Source of the DNA: Candidatus Nezhaarchaeales archaeon
GTDB taxonomy: Archaea > Thermoproteota > Methanomethylicia > Nezhaarchaeales > WYZ-LMO8
DNA length: 64,000 nt
NCBI GenBank assembly: GCA_038887515.1
Contig: JAWAKK010000001.1
Location: 1-64,000 of the forward strand
Reading direction: 5' to 3'
In this document: one piece after another, positions 17,900 to 28,088 of the stretch
Numbering within the stretch: the first letter of the stretch is position 1
How the letters are laid out: the number at the start of each line of letters is the position of its first letter
The notes under the pieces: model-generated
Database searches by the model: none
What the model saw: the letters and a program-made list of their open reading frames with translations, nothing else
Told to the model about the DNA's origin: nothing
Position numbers and translations under genes: made by a program

Positions 17900-19501
17900 A
17901 TGGTCAAATTACCTGTAAAAGAAATAGCGCTGAAGTCCAAGGAGAATTTTGAAGAAGCTTGGATAGCTTACGGTAAGTTCATTCCAAGCAAGAGGCTTAG
18001 ACCCAAAGATATCTTGAGTTGCGGGATCGGTAAACCCCACCCGGTATATGAAGTTAGTCAGAGATTGAGAGAGATTTTTTTAAGTCTAGGCTTCGAAGAG
18101 GTCGTAAACCCCCTAATAGTCGAAGACGAGGAAGTAAAGAAGCAGTATGGACCCGAGGCTACAGCAATACTTGATAGGTGCTACTACTTGGCCGTACTTC
18201 CAAGACCGGATGTCGGTCTAAGTAAAGAAAAGGTTGACAAGCTAAGGAACTACGTCACTGATTTAACTTCAGATAAGCTTCAAAGGCTTCAGCAAGTGCT
18301 CCACGGCTACAAGAAGGGCCATATCGCGGGCGACGACTTGATAGAAGAGATCGGTAAGGCACTAAACGTTGAGGACGCGATAGCTACCAAGATATTGTGG
18401 GAAGTTTTCCCGGAATTTAGAGAACTTAAACCTGAGCCTACGAAGCTCACTTTGAGGTCTCACATGACGACGGCCTGGTTCCTAACGGTAGCCGCTCTAC
18501 AGCATAGGAGACCTAAGCCCATAAAGCTCTTCTCAGTAGATATAAGGGTTCGAAGAGAACAACAAGAGGACGAGACCCACCTTAGAACACATAGGGCGGC
18601 TTCATGTATCGTGGTCGATGAAGATGTAGTAGCCGATGATGGAAAAGATTTAGCCCAAGCAGTCTTGGAGGGCCTTGGCTTTAAGGAATTCAAGATCGTC
18701 AAGAAGCTTTTCACGGCAAAATACTATGCACCCGGGACAGAGCATGAGGTCTACGTGAGGTCCCACGACGACTGGATTGAAGTGGCTAACTACGGTCTCT
18801 ATAGCCCAGTAGCTTTAGCAAATTACGAAATAGAATACCCCGTGTTAAATGTAGGAATAGGTGTCGAAAGAATAGCCATGATGCTATACGGCTATAAGGA
18901 CGTTAGAGAGCTCGTATATCCCCAATTCTACGGTAAGCTGTTTATTAGCGACCAAGAAATGGCCAAGTACGTCTCCATACACCTAAAGCCAACGACTAAT
19001 GCTGGATGGCATTTAGCAGAACTGATAGTTAAGACAATAGAACAGTACGCTGAAGCTTCAAGCCCCTGTGAGTTCAAGGTTTACGAAGGTGAGTTTCTCG
19101 GCAAAAATATCGAAGTCTACGTTTACGAGAAGGACGTAGGGGTTAAGTTAGCGGGTCCGGCGGCCTTCAACGAAATAATAGTTTACGACGGGAATATCCT
19201 CGGAATACCGCCTTTAAAATCGTATTCGATAAGTAGTCCATTAATTGAGGAAGCTAGGTCAAAAGGGTATAGGACAGGGATAAGATACGTAGATGCTTTC
19301 GCAGCTTTAGCAGCCTTAAAGATAGAAGCCGCCTGCCTAGTCGGTGTTCCTGAAGTAGACGTTAAGGTTAAAATGGTGAAGTTGCCCAGCGACATTAATA
19401 TAGAGATAGGGGAGGTTGCGAGGAAATTCATAAGCGAAAACAGGAAGATCATAGACGTAAGAGGACCTGTTTTCCTAGCCGTCAGGGCTAGGCTATTATA
19501 A
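17900..19501 (+). CDS. sepS: O-phosphoseryl-tRNA(Cys) synthetase
   Basis: GKPHPVYE, KQYGPEATAILDRCYYLA, TLRSHMTTAWF and VLNVGIGVERIAM motifs. Confidence 0.95.
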   Translation: MVKLPVKEIALKSKENFEEAWIAYGKFIPSKRLRPKDILSCGIGKPHPVYEVSQRLREIFLSLGFEEVVNPLIVEDEEVKKQYGPEATAILDRCYYLAVLPRPDVGLSKEKVDKLRNYVTDLTSDKLQRLQQVLHGYKKGHIAGDDLIEEIGKALNVEDAIATKILWEVFPEFRELKPEPTKLTLRSHMTTAWFLTVAALQHRRPKPIKLFSVDIRVRREQQEDETHLRTHRAASCIVVDEDVVADDGKDLAQAVLEGLGFKEFKIVKKLFTAKYYAPGTEHEVYVRSHDDWIEVANYGLYSPVALANYEIEYPVLNVGIGVERIAMMLYGYKDVRELVYPQFYGKLFISDQEMAKYVSIHLKPTTNAGWHLAELIVKTIEQYAEASSPCEFKVYEGEFLGKNIEVYVYEKDVGVKLAGPAAFNEIIVYDGNILGIPPLKSYSISSPLIEEARSKGYRTGIRYVDAFAALAALKIEAACLVGVPEVDVKVKMVKLPSDINIEIGEVARKFISENRKIIDVRGPVFLAVRARLL

Positions 19502-19516
19502 GGAAAGTGACTGCCA

Positions 19517-20224
19517 ATGTTTTACAAGATGCCCAGCAACTTCTCGCTTGAAAAGGCTGAGAGGGCCCAGAGATTGCTGGCCCCTAGAGTAAAGGTGTAT
19601 GACGACTTTGAAAAACCCATAAAGTTTGTTGGAGGGGCAGACGTTGCCTGGAGAGGGGACCTAGCTGTTGGCTGCATAACAGTGCACTCGTACCCCTCCC
19701 TACAGCTCTTAGAGAAATGTACTGCTAGGGTCGAATCATCCTTCCCCTACATCTCGACCTTCTTGTCGTTTAGAGAAATCAGGCCGCTAATGGCCGCGTT
19801 GTCGAAGCTATCGATTAAGCCTACGATACTTTTCGTGAATGGGCAAGGGATAGCTCATCCTAGAAGGTTTGGGCTAGCTTCTCATCTTGGTGTTGTAGCT
19901 AAGATCCCAACGATAGGTGTAGCGCAAAGAGTGCTATATGGAAAACCTAAGAACCCCTTAAATGAAGTAGGCTACGTAGAACTTATCGACGACGCTAGTG
20001 GTCGCGAAGAGATCATAGGCTATCTTTATAGGAGGAATAAACGCTTTAACCCTATTTGTATAAGTCCTGGACATAGAGTTAGTCTTGAAACTGCTTTAAG
20101 ATTAACAATATCATGCATAAAAGAAGGTGTTAAGCTTCCGATACCACTTCATTCAGCTCACGTAGAGGCGAGGAAGGAGGCAATAAGGATTGGCTCATTG
20201 GGGCAGAACGTTAAGCGACAGTAA
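19517..20224 (+). CDS. nfi: Endonuclease V
   Basis: GGADVA, FPYISTFLSFRE, GIAHPRRFGLASHLG and ISPGH motifs. Confidence 0.92.
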   Translation: MFYKMPSNFSLEKAERAQRLLAPRVKVYDDFEKPIKFVGGADVAWRGDLAVGCITVHSYPSLQLLEKCTARVESSFPYISTFLSFREIRPLMAALSKLSIKPTILFVNGQGIAHPRRFGLASHLGVVAKIPTIGVAQRVLYGKPKNPLNEVGYVELIDDASGREEIIGYLYRRNKRFNPICISPGHRVSLETALRLTISCIKEGVKLPIPLHSAHVEARKEAIRIGSLGQNVKRQ

Positions 20225-20912
20225 AATCGCGGGGGTGCCTTGGGTAGATCCAGATCTATGGTTTACATTACTTTGCTTAGCTAAACGAGGAGCTTTGAGG
20301 AAAAGTATCTTCATAAGTACGTCCGAACTTGCTAAGGAGATGGGAACTTCGCAACAAACAGCATCGCGAAGAATACTAGAACTAGAAGCTCAAGGTTACA
20401 TCAAAAGGAACGTTAGTAGAAGAGGGCAGACGATCGTCGTAACCGAGAAGGGTGCTCAAAGTCTCAGCCAAGTCTACGCAATTCTTCATACAGCCCTAAG
20501 CGATGCGCTAAAGAGCATAATTATATCCGGAGAAGTATTTACGGGATTTGGTGAAGGTGCCTATTACATAAGTCTTACAGGATACAGGTCGCAAATAATA
20601 GAGAAGCTAGGCTTCGATCCATATCCCGGCACCTTGAACATTAAGTTAACGGATTCTTCAGACATATACTTCAGGGAGATGCTGGATCATAGGTCTGGGA
20701 TATTAATAAAGGGCTTTAGCGACGGTAAGAGGACTTACGGATCAGTTAAAGCCTTTAAAGCAAAGATCGGGAATGTGGACGCCGCCGTGCTACTTATAGA
20801 GAGGACTCACTACGGGATTGACACATTGGAGATAGTAGCTCCAGTTAATCTACGTCAAGTGTTGAAGTTGAAGGATGGAGATAGGATATCTGTCGAGGTT
20901 CTACTCGCTTGA
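20190..20912 (+). CDS. ribK: CTP-dependent riboflavin kinase with N-terminal HTH
   Basis: GTSQQTASR HTH, then GFGEGAYY, GFDPYPGTLN and ERTHY...LEIVAP. True start may be slightly downstream. Confidence 0.92.
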   Translation: MAHWGRTLSDSKIAGVPWVDPDLWFTLLCLAKRGALRKSIFISTSELAKEMGTSQQTASRRILELEAQGYIKRNVSRRGQTIVVTEKGAQSLSQVYAILHTALSDALKSIIISGEVFTGFGEGAYYISLTGYRSQIIEKLGFDPYPGTLNIKLTDSSDIYFREMLDHRSGILIKGFSDGKRTYGSVKAFKAKIGNVDAAVLLIERTHYGIDTLEIVAPVNLRQVLKLKDGDRISVEVLLA

Positions 20913-20962
20913 TGCTTACTTCATTAATTAAGCTTAATAACTCGATCATACAACATATTAAC

Positions 20963-21287
20963 GGGCACGGCGGGTAGGCCCGGGGGGCTCGGCCTCCCCT
21001 GTAACCGCAAACGGCCGATATGGCGGGGGCAGCAACCCCGACAAGCGGCTTTAGGAAGTCCGAGCCCCCTGGCTCTAAACTATGAGGTCCCGCCCCATGG
21101 AGACGCTGTAGGGGATAGCTCCCCCGTAGGGGGGATACGAATCTCCTTGCCGACCGAACCAGGTTAGGCCCGGGAGGGAGCGGCCTTAAGGTCGGGCAGC
21201 GTCGTTCATGGGTTAACGGGGCTGAGGAAAAGAGCCAGATGCGAGCTCGGACCGACCTAAGCCCATTGTCGGGGGGCCGCCGTGCCC
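20963..21287 (+). ncRNA. ffs: Archaeal SRP (7S) RNA
   Basis: GC-rich island with complementary ends GGGCACGGCGG/CCGCCGTGCCC, Alu-domain TGTAACC, helix 6 CCCCC-GTAG-GGGGG and helix 8 AGGCCCGGGAGGGAGCGGCC. Confidence 0.93.
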
Positions 21288-21350
21288 TTAAGTAAACGCA
21301 ACTAAATTTAAGAGACTACTACTTTCTTCTCAACACTGGAGCGTGATTTA

Positions 21351-22490
21351 TTGGAAGAAGTGTTGCTAGGGCTCTCAGCCTTCTTAGGACTTTGGGGCAT
21401 CATAGCCCTCTTGTACAAGAGCTTAGGGCTTAAGAAGTACGGCTTCTCTCTTAAGCCCTTCCTGTTGATCGTAAAGTCAAGGAGTTTGGCGAAGAAGTTC
21501 GAATATTTAGGTTATTCTAACTCTAGAAGCTGGAAGCTTGTTTCAAACGTAGGTTTATTTGTCTCTGGAGGTCTCATGTTTTTCGCATTCTACTTCTTAA
21601 TCACTAACTTAGTGACTAGGTTCACCGTAGGGCAACCTCAAACCGGTCTCTACGTCGTTATACCTGGTATCACGATAGGATGGCACGTCGTACCCTACTT
21701 CATTGTGGCCGCTGCCATAACTATAATAGTTCATGAAGCTTTCCACGCAATAACGTTTGGCAACGAAAATGTGCCGGTCAAGAGTTTTGGCATCTTCATT
21801 GCAGCAATACTTCCTGGAGGTCTCGTTGAGGCTGATGAAATTGCTTTTAAGAACGTAAAACCTATCTCAAAGATGAGAATCTATGCTTCAGGCTCTTTCT
21901 CAAACTTTGTGGTCTTTTTGCTGGCTCTAGCCCTTACCGTGGCCACGATCGCTCCAGTTCAACAAGGAGCCTTAGTTCTTGAGACTCGTGAAGGCTATCC
22001 AGCTCATGGAGTAATTAAGAGCTGGGATGTAATAGTGGCAATAAACGATAACACGATCTACAGCGTTAATGATTTTCAGAGAGTGTTGAGGAATATATCG
22101 CCCGGTACCGAGATAGAGGTCTCGGTCTTAAGGGACGGCTCACCCATCAAACTATCGCTCGTAACAGCGCCCAGCCCAGATAATAACTCTAGGGCTATTC
22201 TCGGAGTGAACGTAATAGACTATTATCCATCAACAGTACCTTGGTTGAGAGGGGAAGCCTACTTGCATTGGACATCGACGCTATACTGGCTTAGGCTCAT
22301 ATCCTTCAGCGTAGCCATGATAAACATGCTCCCAATACCTTTACTTGATGGCTCAGGTTTTGTAAGAGCTCTTTTGGAGAACCTATTTAGAGGTAAAAAG
22401 AGAGCATGCGACATAATTGCAAATGTACTAGGTACTCTAACGCTCTTCCTTTTCCTTGCAAACATAATACTTCCAGTATCAACACCCTAA
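21351..22490 (+). CDS. Site-2 protease (M50) with PDZ domain
   Basis: HEAFH zinc motif, NMLPIPLLDG, several TM helices and a central PDZ domain. Confidence 0.92.
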   Translation: MEEVLLGLSAFLGLWGIIALLYKSLGLKKYGFSLKPFLLIVKSRSLAKKFEYLGYSNSRSWKLVSNVGLFVSGGLMFFAFYFLITNLVTRFTVGQPQTGLYVVIPGITIGWHVVPYFIVAAAITIIVHEAFHAITFGNENVPVKSFGIFIAAILPGGLVEADEIAFKNVKPISKMRIYASGSFSNFVVFLLALALTVATIAPVQQGALVLETREGYPAHGVIKSWDVIVAINDNTIYSVNDFQRVLRNISPGTEIEVSVLRDGSPIKLSLVTAPSPDNNSRAILGVNVIDYYPSTVPWLRGEAYLHWTSTLYWLRLISFSVAMINMLPIPLLDGSGFVRALLENLFRGKKRACDIIANVLGTLTLFLFLANIILPVSTP

Positions 22491-22500
22491 GGGCGATAAC

Positions 22501-23427
22501 ATGTACTGCATCAGGTGTAGGGCAAAAGCTGTCTACCACTCAATTCACTCCGGTCATAACTTTTGTGCTAAGTGTTTTATGAAGAGTATTGAGCATAGAG
22601 TCCAAGCGACCATAAACAGGTACAAACTCTTCGAACCCGAAGACAAAATTCTCATCGCAATATCTGGTGGAAAGGACAGTCAAGTCCTAGCCACTATATT
22701 AGCAAAGATAGAAAGGAAGTTTCCAGAAGTAACATTAATGGCGCTAATAGTTGATGAAGGAGTTCCAAGTTATAGAGACTTCGGTTTAAAAAGAAGTAAA
22801 GAATTATGTGAAGGTCTAGGTATACCGCTAACTGTGGCATCTTTTAAAGAACTATTTGGCATCTCCTTACCAGAGATGGCGTCAATAGCTGAAAGAAAGA
22901 ACATACATCTTAAGACCTGTACCTTCTGTGGAATACTTAGAAGGAGGGCTATAAACATCAAGGCTAAAGAGCTCGGAGCTACTAAAGTAGCTACTGGGCA
23001 CAACCTCGATGACGAGGCTCAGACAGCGCTGATGAACTTACTTAGAGGTGACACCTTAAGGCTACTCCGCTTAGGACCTAAACCTATAGAAGAGTTTCCA
23101 GGCTTCGTGCCGAGAGTAAAACCTCTCCGCTATATACCTGAAAAAGAGGTAACACTCTACGCATACCTTAAGGGCTATCCCTTATACGAGACTGAGTGCC
23201 CCTACGTCAGGTCATCCATGAGGGACGAAATCCGCTTCATATTAAATGAAATAGAGGGGAGACACCCCGGTACTAAGTATGCGATCGTTAAAGCGGTGGA
23301 CAAGTTGTCGTTGATAGGCACAAACTTAAAGGTACAAGTTAAGACCTGTAAGTATTGCGGTGAGCCAACCTCTAGGGAAGTATGTAGAGCCTGCGAGCTG
23401 CTTGAAGCCATAGGTGTCGTGTATTGA
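22501..23427 (+). CDS. tRNA 2-thiolation protein, TtuA/NcsA family
   Basis: Terminal zinc fingers, PP-loop SGGKDS, CTFCGILRR and ATGHNLDDEAQT. Confidence 0.9.
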   Translation: MYCIRCRAKAVYHSIHSGHNFCAKCFMKSIEHRVQATINRYKLFEPEDKILIAISGGKDSQVLATILAKIERKFPEVTLMALIVDEGVPSYRDFGLKRSKELCEGLGIPLTVASFKELFGISLPEMASIAERKNIHLKTCTFCGILRRRAINIKAKELGATKVATGHNLDDEAQTALMNLLRGDTLRLLRLGPKPIEEFPGFVPRVKPLRYIPEKEVTLYAYLKGYPLYETECPYVRSSMRDEIRFILNEIEGRHPGTKYAIVKAVDKLSLIGTNLKVQVKTCKYCGEPTSREVCRACELLEAIGVVY

Positions 23428-24494
23428 AATGCTCCAAGTACTTTTCATACTATGTGGGGAAGCTACCAGAAGGATGTAAGCTATGCATGAATGGCATGAA
23501 GCTCGTTTACTTTGCAACGGGTCTCTGTGGTAGGTCCTGCTTTTACTGCCCTCTCTCTCAAGAAAGGAAGAGGAAGGACGTTACCTATGCTGATGAAGTG
23601 CTCGTAAATAGCTTAGAGGACGTCATTAACGAAGCGAAGCTCATCGAAGCTAGGGGGGTTGGTATAACTGGTGGGGATCCTATCCTAAGAGTTGATAGGG
23701 TAGTCGAAACATTAAGGACTTTAAAGGAAATGTTCTCCAAAGATTTACACGTCCACATGTATACAACGACTCAGCCGTACGTTAATGAACATTCTCTGGA
23801 TAAGCTTCTTAATGCTGAGATCGACGAATTACGATTTCATCCAAACCTTGAAGTAGACGATCAATTACTTCCACTTAAGCTGGCAAGTGATATGGGCTTT
23901 AAAGTTGGAATAGAGATCCCAGCAATACCAGGGTTTGAGGACAAGATATTGAAGATTATTGATAAAGCTAGGAAGTTGGGAGCATCGTTTGTAGTAATAA
24001 ACGAGCTTGAAATGACCGAATCAAATGCGGCAATGCTTCAAATAAGAGGTTTAAAATTGAAGGATGGCTCGGCCTCAGCCGTTGAGGGAAGTTGGGAAGT
24101 AGCAATGCTTCTGCTTGAGGGAGTTGAAGAAATGGGCCTTAACGGACATTTCTGTCCAGCGTACATCAAAGATTCTGTTCAGCTTAGAAATAGGCTGAGG
24201 AGAAAAGCTAAAAACATAGCTATGCCTCATGAAACGATAACCCGAGATCCTTTACTCGTTAAAGGGGTTATTGAGCCGCCCGAAGGGGTAAGTCTTGAGG
24301 AAGTCCTAGAATCTCTTAGATCTATCGCTCCGAATCTTTACTTCTATGTAAATAGCAAAAGAAGGAGACTTGAGTGCAACTACAAAGAGTTGAAGAAGTA
24401 CTCAAAGCAGTTAAAGAAGATGAACTTTAAACTTAGTGTGGTGGGCGAGTTGCCTACAAGCTTTAGAGAAGAGCTCTTCCTCAAACCGATTTAA
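23424..24494 (+). CDS. Uncharacterised archaeal radical SAM protein
   Basis: LPEGCKLC, CGRSCFYC and GITGGDP motifs. Confidence 0.88.
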   Translation: MKCSKYFSYYVGKLPEGCKLCMNGMKLVYFATGLCGRSCFYCPLSQERKRKDVTYADEVLVNSLEDVINEAKLIEARGVGITGGDPILRVDRVVETLRTLKEMFSKDLHVHMYTTTQPYVNEHSLDKLLNAEIDELRFHPNLEVDDQLLPLKLASDMGFKVGIEIPAIPGFEDKILKIIDKARKLGASFVVINELEMTESNAAMLQIRGLKLKDGSASAVEGSWEVAMLLLEGVEEMGLNGHFCPAYIKDSVQLRNRLRRKAKNIAMPHETITRDPLLVKGVIEPPEGVSLEEVLESLRSIAPNLYFYVNSKRRRLECNYKELKKYSKQLKKMNFKLSVVGELPTSFREELFLKPI

Positions 24495-24503
24495 CTATTT
24501 TAA

Positions 24504-25316
24504 CTACAGGCCTATTTCCTTTTCATTTTTCTCTTTAGCCTTAGTTATCTTTTCGGTAACTTTCTGAGGCAATGCCATATCCTCTCTACGCATTGCTGTA
24601 GGACCTATTACCACGAGCCCTTTTCCGTCAACTATATCAATTTCGTACATTCTCTTATCGTGGGGGGTCCACCTCATCTTTTCTATCATTATGAAGCGCC
24701 TTAGGACTCCACCTAATACGCTCTTCCTAAACCTGATGATGCCATCAGCCACATGTTCAACTCCGAATCCAAACGCCTCTGATGTAGTTATAGCGTACTG
24801 GCTAGTCATCAACATGGTCATGTCCCATTGGCTCAAAACTCTTTTTATGAAGTAGCTATGTCTTCTAGCCATAGCTGGTGCGTCTAACCAGAAAGCCGAC
24901 ATAGAATCTATCACGAGCCTAGTAGGACCGTAGCCTAAGTGCTTCTTTGCTTCTATGACTTTTTGAACAAGCTCTTCGGGATTGAGAGAGTTCAGAGTCC
25001 AAGGAGCCTTCTCTCCGCGCATAAGAGCATCGATTATCACAAGCTTATTTTCATCTTCTCCTTTCCTGAAGTCGAAGCCGAACTGAGCCGCTTGAACTAT
25101 TATCGAATGCCTACTTTCTTCAGTTGTTACGAATATGCACTTTTCTCCCTTCTTTAGTCCTTCAGCTATGAAATGAATGCAGAAGACAGTCTTTCCAGTA
25201 CCAGGTTCGCCTGTGACGGCCACCGCAAATCCTCGAGGTATCCCGCCAGCAAGCATATCATCTATCTTCAACACTCCAGTAGAGACCCTCTCGATTTTTG
25301 TTGGATTAGCACACAT
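24504..25316 (-). CDS. KaiC/RecA-superfamily ATPase, single domain
   Basis: GGIPRG, GEPGTGKT, RLVIDS, EHVADGII and IEKMR motifs. Confidence 0.9.
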   Translation of the reverse strand: MCANPTKIERVSTGVLKIDDMLAGGIPRGFAVAVTGEPGTGKTVFCIHFIAEGLKKGEKCIFVTTEESRHSIIVQAAQFGFDFRKGEDENKLVIIDALMRGEKAPWTLNSLNPEELVQKVIEAKKHLGYGPTRLVIDSMSAFWLDAPAMARRHSYFIKRVLSQWDMTMLMTSQYAITTSEAFGFGVEHVADGIIRFRKSVLGGVLRRFIMIEKMRWTPHDKRMYEIDIVDGKGLVVIGPTAMRREDMALPQKVTEKITKAKEKNEKEIGL

Positions 25317-25394
25317 ACGCCTTACGATAAAGTGATAGGTACGAAGTAATTAACGTTTGCACATAAGATAAGTTTATTTAGGTTAATAGCAAGA

Positions 25395-25422
25395 CTCTAC
25401 CAAGAAATCTCTACCAAGAAAT
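25395..25422 (+). repeat. Perfect 14-nt tandem duplication upstream of htpX
   Basis: CTCTACCAAGAAAT occurs twice, directly before the GGTGA SD sequence. Confidence 0.85.
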
Positions 25423-25434
25423 TGGTGATAATGG

Positions 25435-26346
25435 TTGCTCTTACGCATAGTAACTTTAATGGGCACTCTAACAGCCTTATTGGCTGCAATAGGCTTTGTT
25501 ATCGGTTGGTTTTTAGGTGACCCGCTATTCTACACAATGATGGCTGTAATAGTGGCAGCCTTATTCAATATGGTTGCTTTCTTCTATTCAGACAAGTTCG
25601 TTCTGGCGGCAACAGGAGCTAAATTAGTAGGTCCTAGTGAGGCCCCCAGGCTCCACGCTATAGTTGAAAGAGTAGCTATGAGTGCTGGGATACCTAAACC
25701 TAAGGTAGCAATAGTTAAGAAGGATGTGCCCAATGCCTTTGCTACCGGAAGGAGTCCACAACGAGCACTGGTAGCGGTAACCGAGGGGTTGCTAAACAAC
25801 TTCTCTGAAGAAGAGATCGAAGCGGTCATAGGCCATGAGATAGCACACATAAAGCACCGTGATACGTTAATAATGACAATGGCAGCTACGATAGCTGGAG
25901 CTATAGGGTACCTAGCTTTCATCAGTAGGTGGGCTCTAATCTTCGGTAGCGGGCGTAGAGATCGAGATTCAGGAGCTTCCTTACTTCTCCTGTTAGCCTT
26001 AATTCTCGCTCCTTTAGCGGCAACCTTCGTTCAATTGGCCATATCGAGAGCCGGCGAGTATAGGGCGGACGAAGGCTCGGCTCAGATAACTAGGAAACCA
26101 TTAGCTTTAGCTCGAGCACTTTCGAAGATTGAGCTTATAGTTCGGAGGAAGCCTGTTGTAGACGTATCGCCATCAACCGCCCCCCTTTGGATAGTGAACC
26201 CGATACGAGGAGACTCCCTAGCAGAGCTATTTTCGACTCATCCACCGACAGAGAAGAGGATAGCGAGACTTAAGAAAATAGCAGAAAAAATGGGTGCCTT
26301 TGAGAGAGAAGTTTATGGAGGGCTTAGAGGAGGAACATTACTCTAA
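25435..26346 (+). CDS. htpX: HtpX membrane zinc protease (M48)
   Basis: PNAFATGR, HEIAH, EYRAD and FSTHPP motifs. Confidence 0.95.
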   Translation: MLLRIVTLMGTLTALLAAIGFVIGWFLGDPLFYTMMAVIVAALFNMVAFFYSDKFVLAATGAKLVGPSEAPRLHAIVERVAMSAGIPKPKVAIVKKDVPNAFATGRSPQRALVAVTEGLLNNFSEEEIEAVIGHEIAHIKHRDTLIMTMAATIAGAIGYLAFISRWALIFGSGRRDRDSGASLLLLLALILAPLAATFVQLAISRAGEYRADEGSAQITRKPLALARALSKIELIVRRKPVVDVSPSTAPLWIVNPIRGDSLAELFSTHPPTEKRIARLKKIAEKMGAFEREVYGGLRGGTLL

Positions 26347-27190
26347 GCCAGAAGTCAGAGAGGAGATATCTAAATTTGCTAGAAATAGATGGGTAGGAGT
26401 GCACTGTGTCAAGGTTGACGATAAAGGTAACAAATTGATGATTAGATACATCAATAAAAAACCCATAACTATAAGCTCGCCGGGCGACGTCTCTCTACTT
26501 TGTCAAAAGTTGAAGGAGAAGGGATTGAGAACGATTTATGCTACCGCAGCGGTGTACGGTAGGCTTTCCTCCGTCGAGGGCCTTCTTTCTCTAGACAATA
26601 TAATGTTTTATACGCCTACGTGGGATGTCGATAGCAACTTTGAGAACTGGAAATCAACCATTAAAGCATGTATGGAGATAGTAGAAGCATTAAGAGAGGA
26701 GGGCATTCAGAAGTCTATTTACATAAAGTGGAGCGGTAATGGAGCTCACGTCCATCTCCACGAGAAGGCCATTAGCTCTAAGAGCTTAAAGGGTAGATCT
26801 CCGCTAGATGTTGCTTATGCAATAGTAGAATACATAATAATGAAGGTTGAGCCGAGAATATATGAAATAACGCGATATGATGGATGCCGTGTGGTAATTG
26901 AGAACAGAGTGGATAGACAACGAATGTTTACCTGTCCTCTAAGCCTTCACAGAGATCACGATAGAGTATGTATATGTATGAAGCCTAATCAGTCAAGCTA
27001 CTTCAACCCATCTTGGGTTGAACCGAAAAGTTACGTTCACGATAAAGAATGGTGGCTTCACGAAGAAGGAGAAGCCGATAATTTAGTTGAAAAGGCGATG
27101 AACGTCGTTGGAGGATATCGCCCGAAGAGGAGTAAGAGAAGGAAGTATCCAAAGCTTGATGAGGCTATAGCAAGGTGGCTCAATCTATAG
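26294..27190 (+). CDS. Archaeo-eukaryotic primase (AEP) superfamily-like protein
   Basis: WDVD, KWSGNGAHVH and DRQRMFTCPLSLH resemble AEP motifs I-III. Start may be ATG 26315. Confidence 0.6.
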   Translation: MPLREKFMEGLEEEHYSKPEVREEISKFARNRWVGVHCVKVDDKGNKLMIRYINKKPITISSPGDVSLLCQKLKEKGLRTIYATAAVYGRLSSVEGLLSLDNIMFYTPTWDVDSNFENWKSTIKACMEIVEALREEGIQKSIYIKWSGNGAHVHLHEKAISSKSLKGRSPLDVAYAIVEYIIMKVEPRIYEITRYDGCRVVIENRVDRQRMFTCPLSLHRDHDRVCICMKPNQSSYFNPSWVEPKSYVHDKEWWLHEEGEADNLVEKAMNVVGGYRPKRSKRRKYPKLDEAIARWLNL

Positions 27191-27361
27191 GTTTTAAGAG
27201 GATCTAGTATTAGCAACCTCTTTCCTTCCTGCGATTTCAATGTCCCAGCTGATACCGATCGAAGGACGTGCTTAAAGGGATAGTTTTAACCCAAAGGGCG
27301 AGTAGTAGGACTATCTTTTTTACTTTATAAAGGGTTATCCTATTATCAGGGAGGGGGCTAC

Positions 27362-27721
27362 ATGAAAATAGGGTTGGTACTCAATACCACGCCTTACTCT
27401 TTCGAGTACACAGATATTGTGATAAACATGGCTAAGGAAGCCATAAAGAAAGGCCACGAAGTTAAGGTCTTCCTCTTCATAGATGGAGTATACAACTCGC
27501 TAAGATCTCTAACGCCACCTTTGCCGGAGGAGAGAGATATAAGTAGCCTATTGAAGGAGCTGGTAGGTTTAGGCGTTGATATTAAGGTAAGTCTTCCATG
27601 TGCAACGGTTCGTGGTATAGGAGGCGAGGAGATCATTACAAAAGGCATGAAGTACGAGGACATAAGTTACATCGGGAGACTTGTGGCAGAGTGCGATAGA
27701 GTCGTAGCATTCTCGTATTGA
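27362..27721 (+). CDS. DsrE/TusD-like sulfur relay protein
   Basis: TTPYS, GHEVKVFLFIDGVY and CATVRG motifs. Confidence 0.85.
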   Translation: MKIGLVLNTTPYSFEYTDIVINMAKEAIKKGHEVKVFLFIDGVYNSLRSLTPPLPEERDISSLLKELVGLGVDIKVSLPCATVRGIGGEEIITKGMKYEDISYIGRLVAECDRVVAFSY

Positions 27722-27722
27722 G

Positions 27723-28088
27723 GTGTCCTTAGTGGTTAAGTCTATCGTTATTGTGTTGACGAAGTCGCCGTATGGTAGCGTAGCGACCGTTGGTGGTTTA
27801 ATGTCTGCGTTAGCCACATCTTCTCATGGTGTTAAGACTACTATAGTGTTCATGGATGATGCTATCCTCTCGTTAACTAAAAATCAAAGGCCTGATGTGA
27901 TTAGGATGGCCTCAGTTCAAGGGTTAGTAAAGGCTATGGCAAATGTGAGGTTAGCTGTACATTTACAATCTCTCGAGGAGAGAGGGCTCACTGAAGACAA
28001 CTTGATGAGCGACGTCAAGCTTGAGCTGCTAGAAACTGGCGAGTTGGCGAAGCTTGTAGCTGAAGCTGATGTTACGTTTACACTGTAG
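27723..28088 (+). CDS. DsrF/TusC-like protein
   Basis: TKSPYGS, FMDDAI and SLEERGL motifs; second gene of the trio. Confidence 0.85.
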   Translation: MSLVVKSIVIVLTKSPYGSVATVGGLMSALATSSHGVKTTIVFMDDAILSLTKNQRPDVIRMASVQGLVKAMANVRLAVHLQSLEERGLTEDNLMSDVKLELLETGELAKLVAEADVTFTL

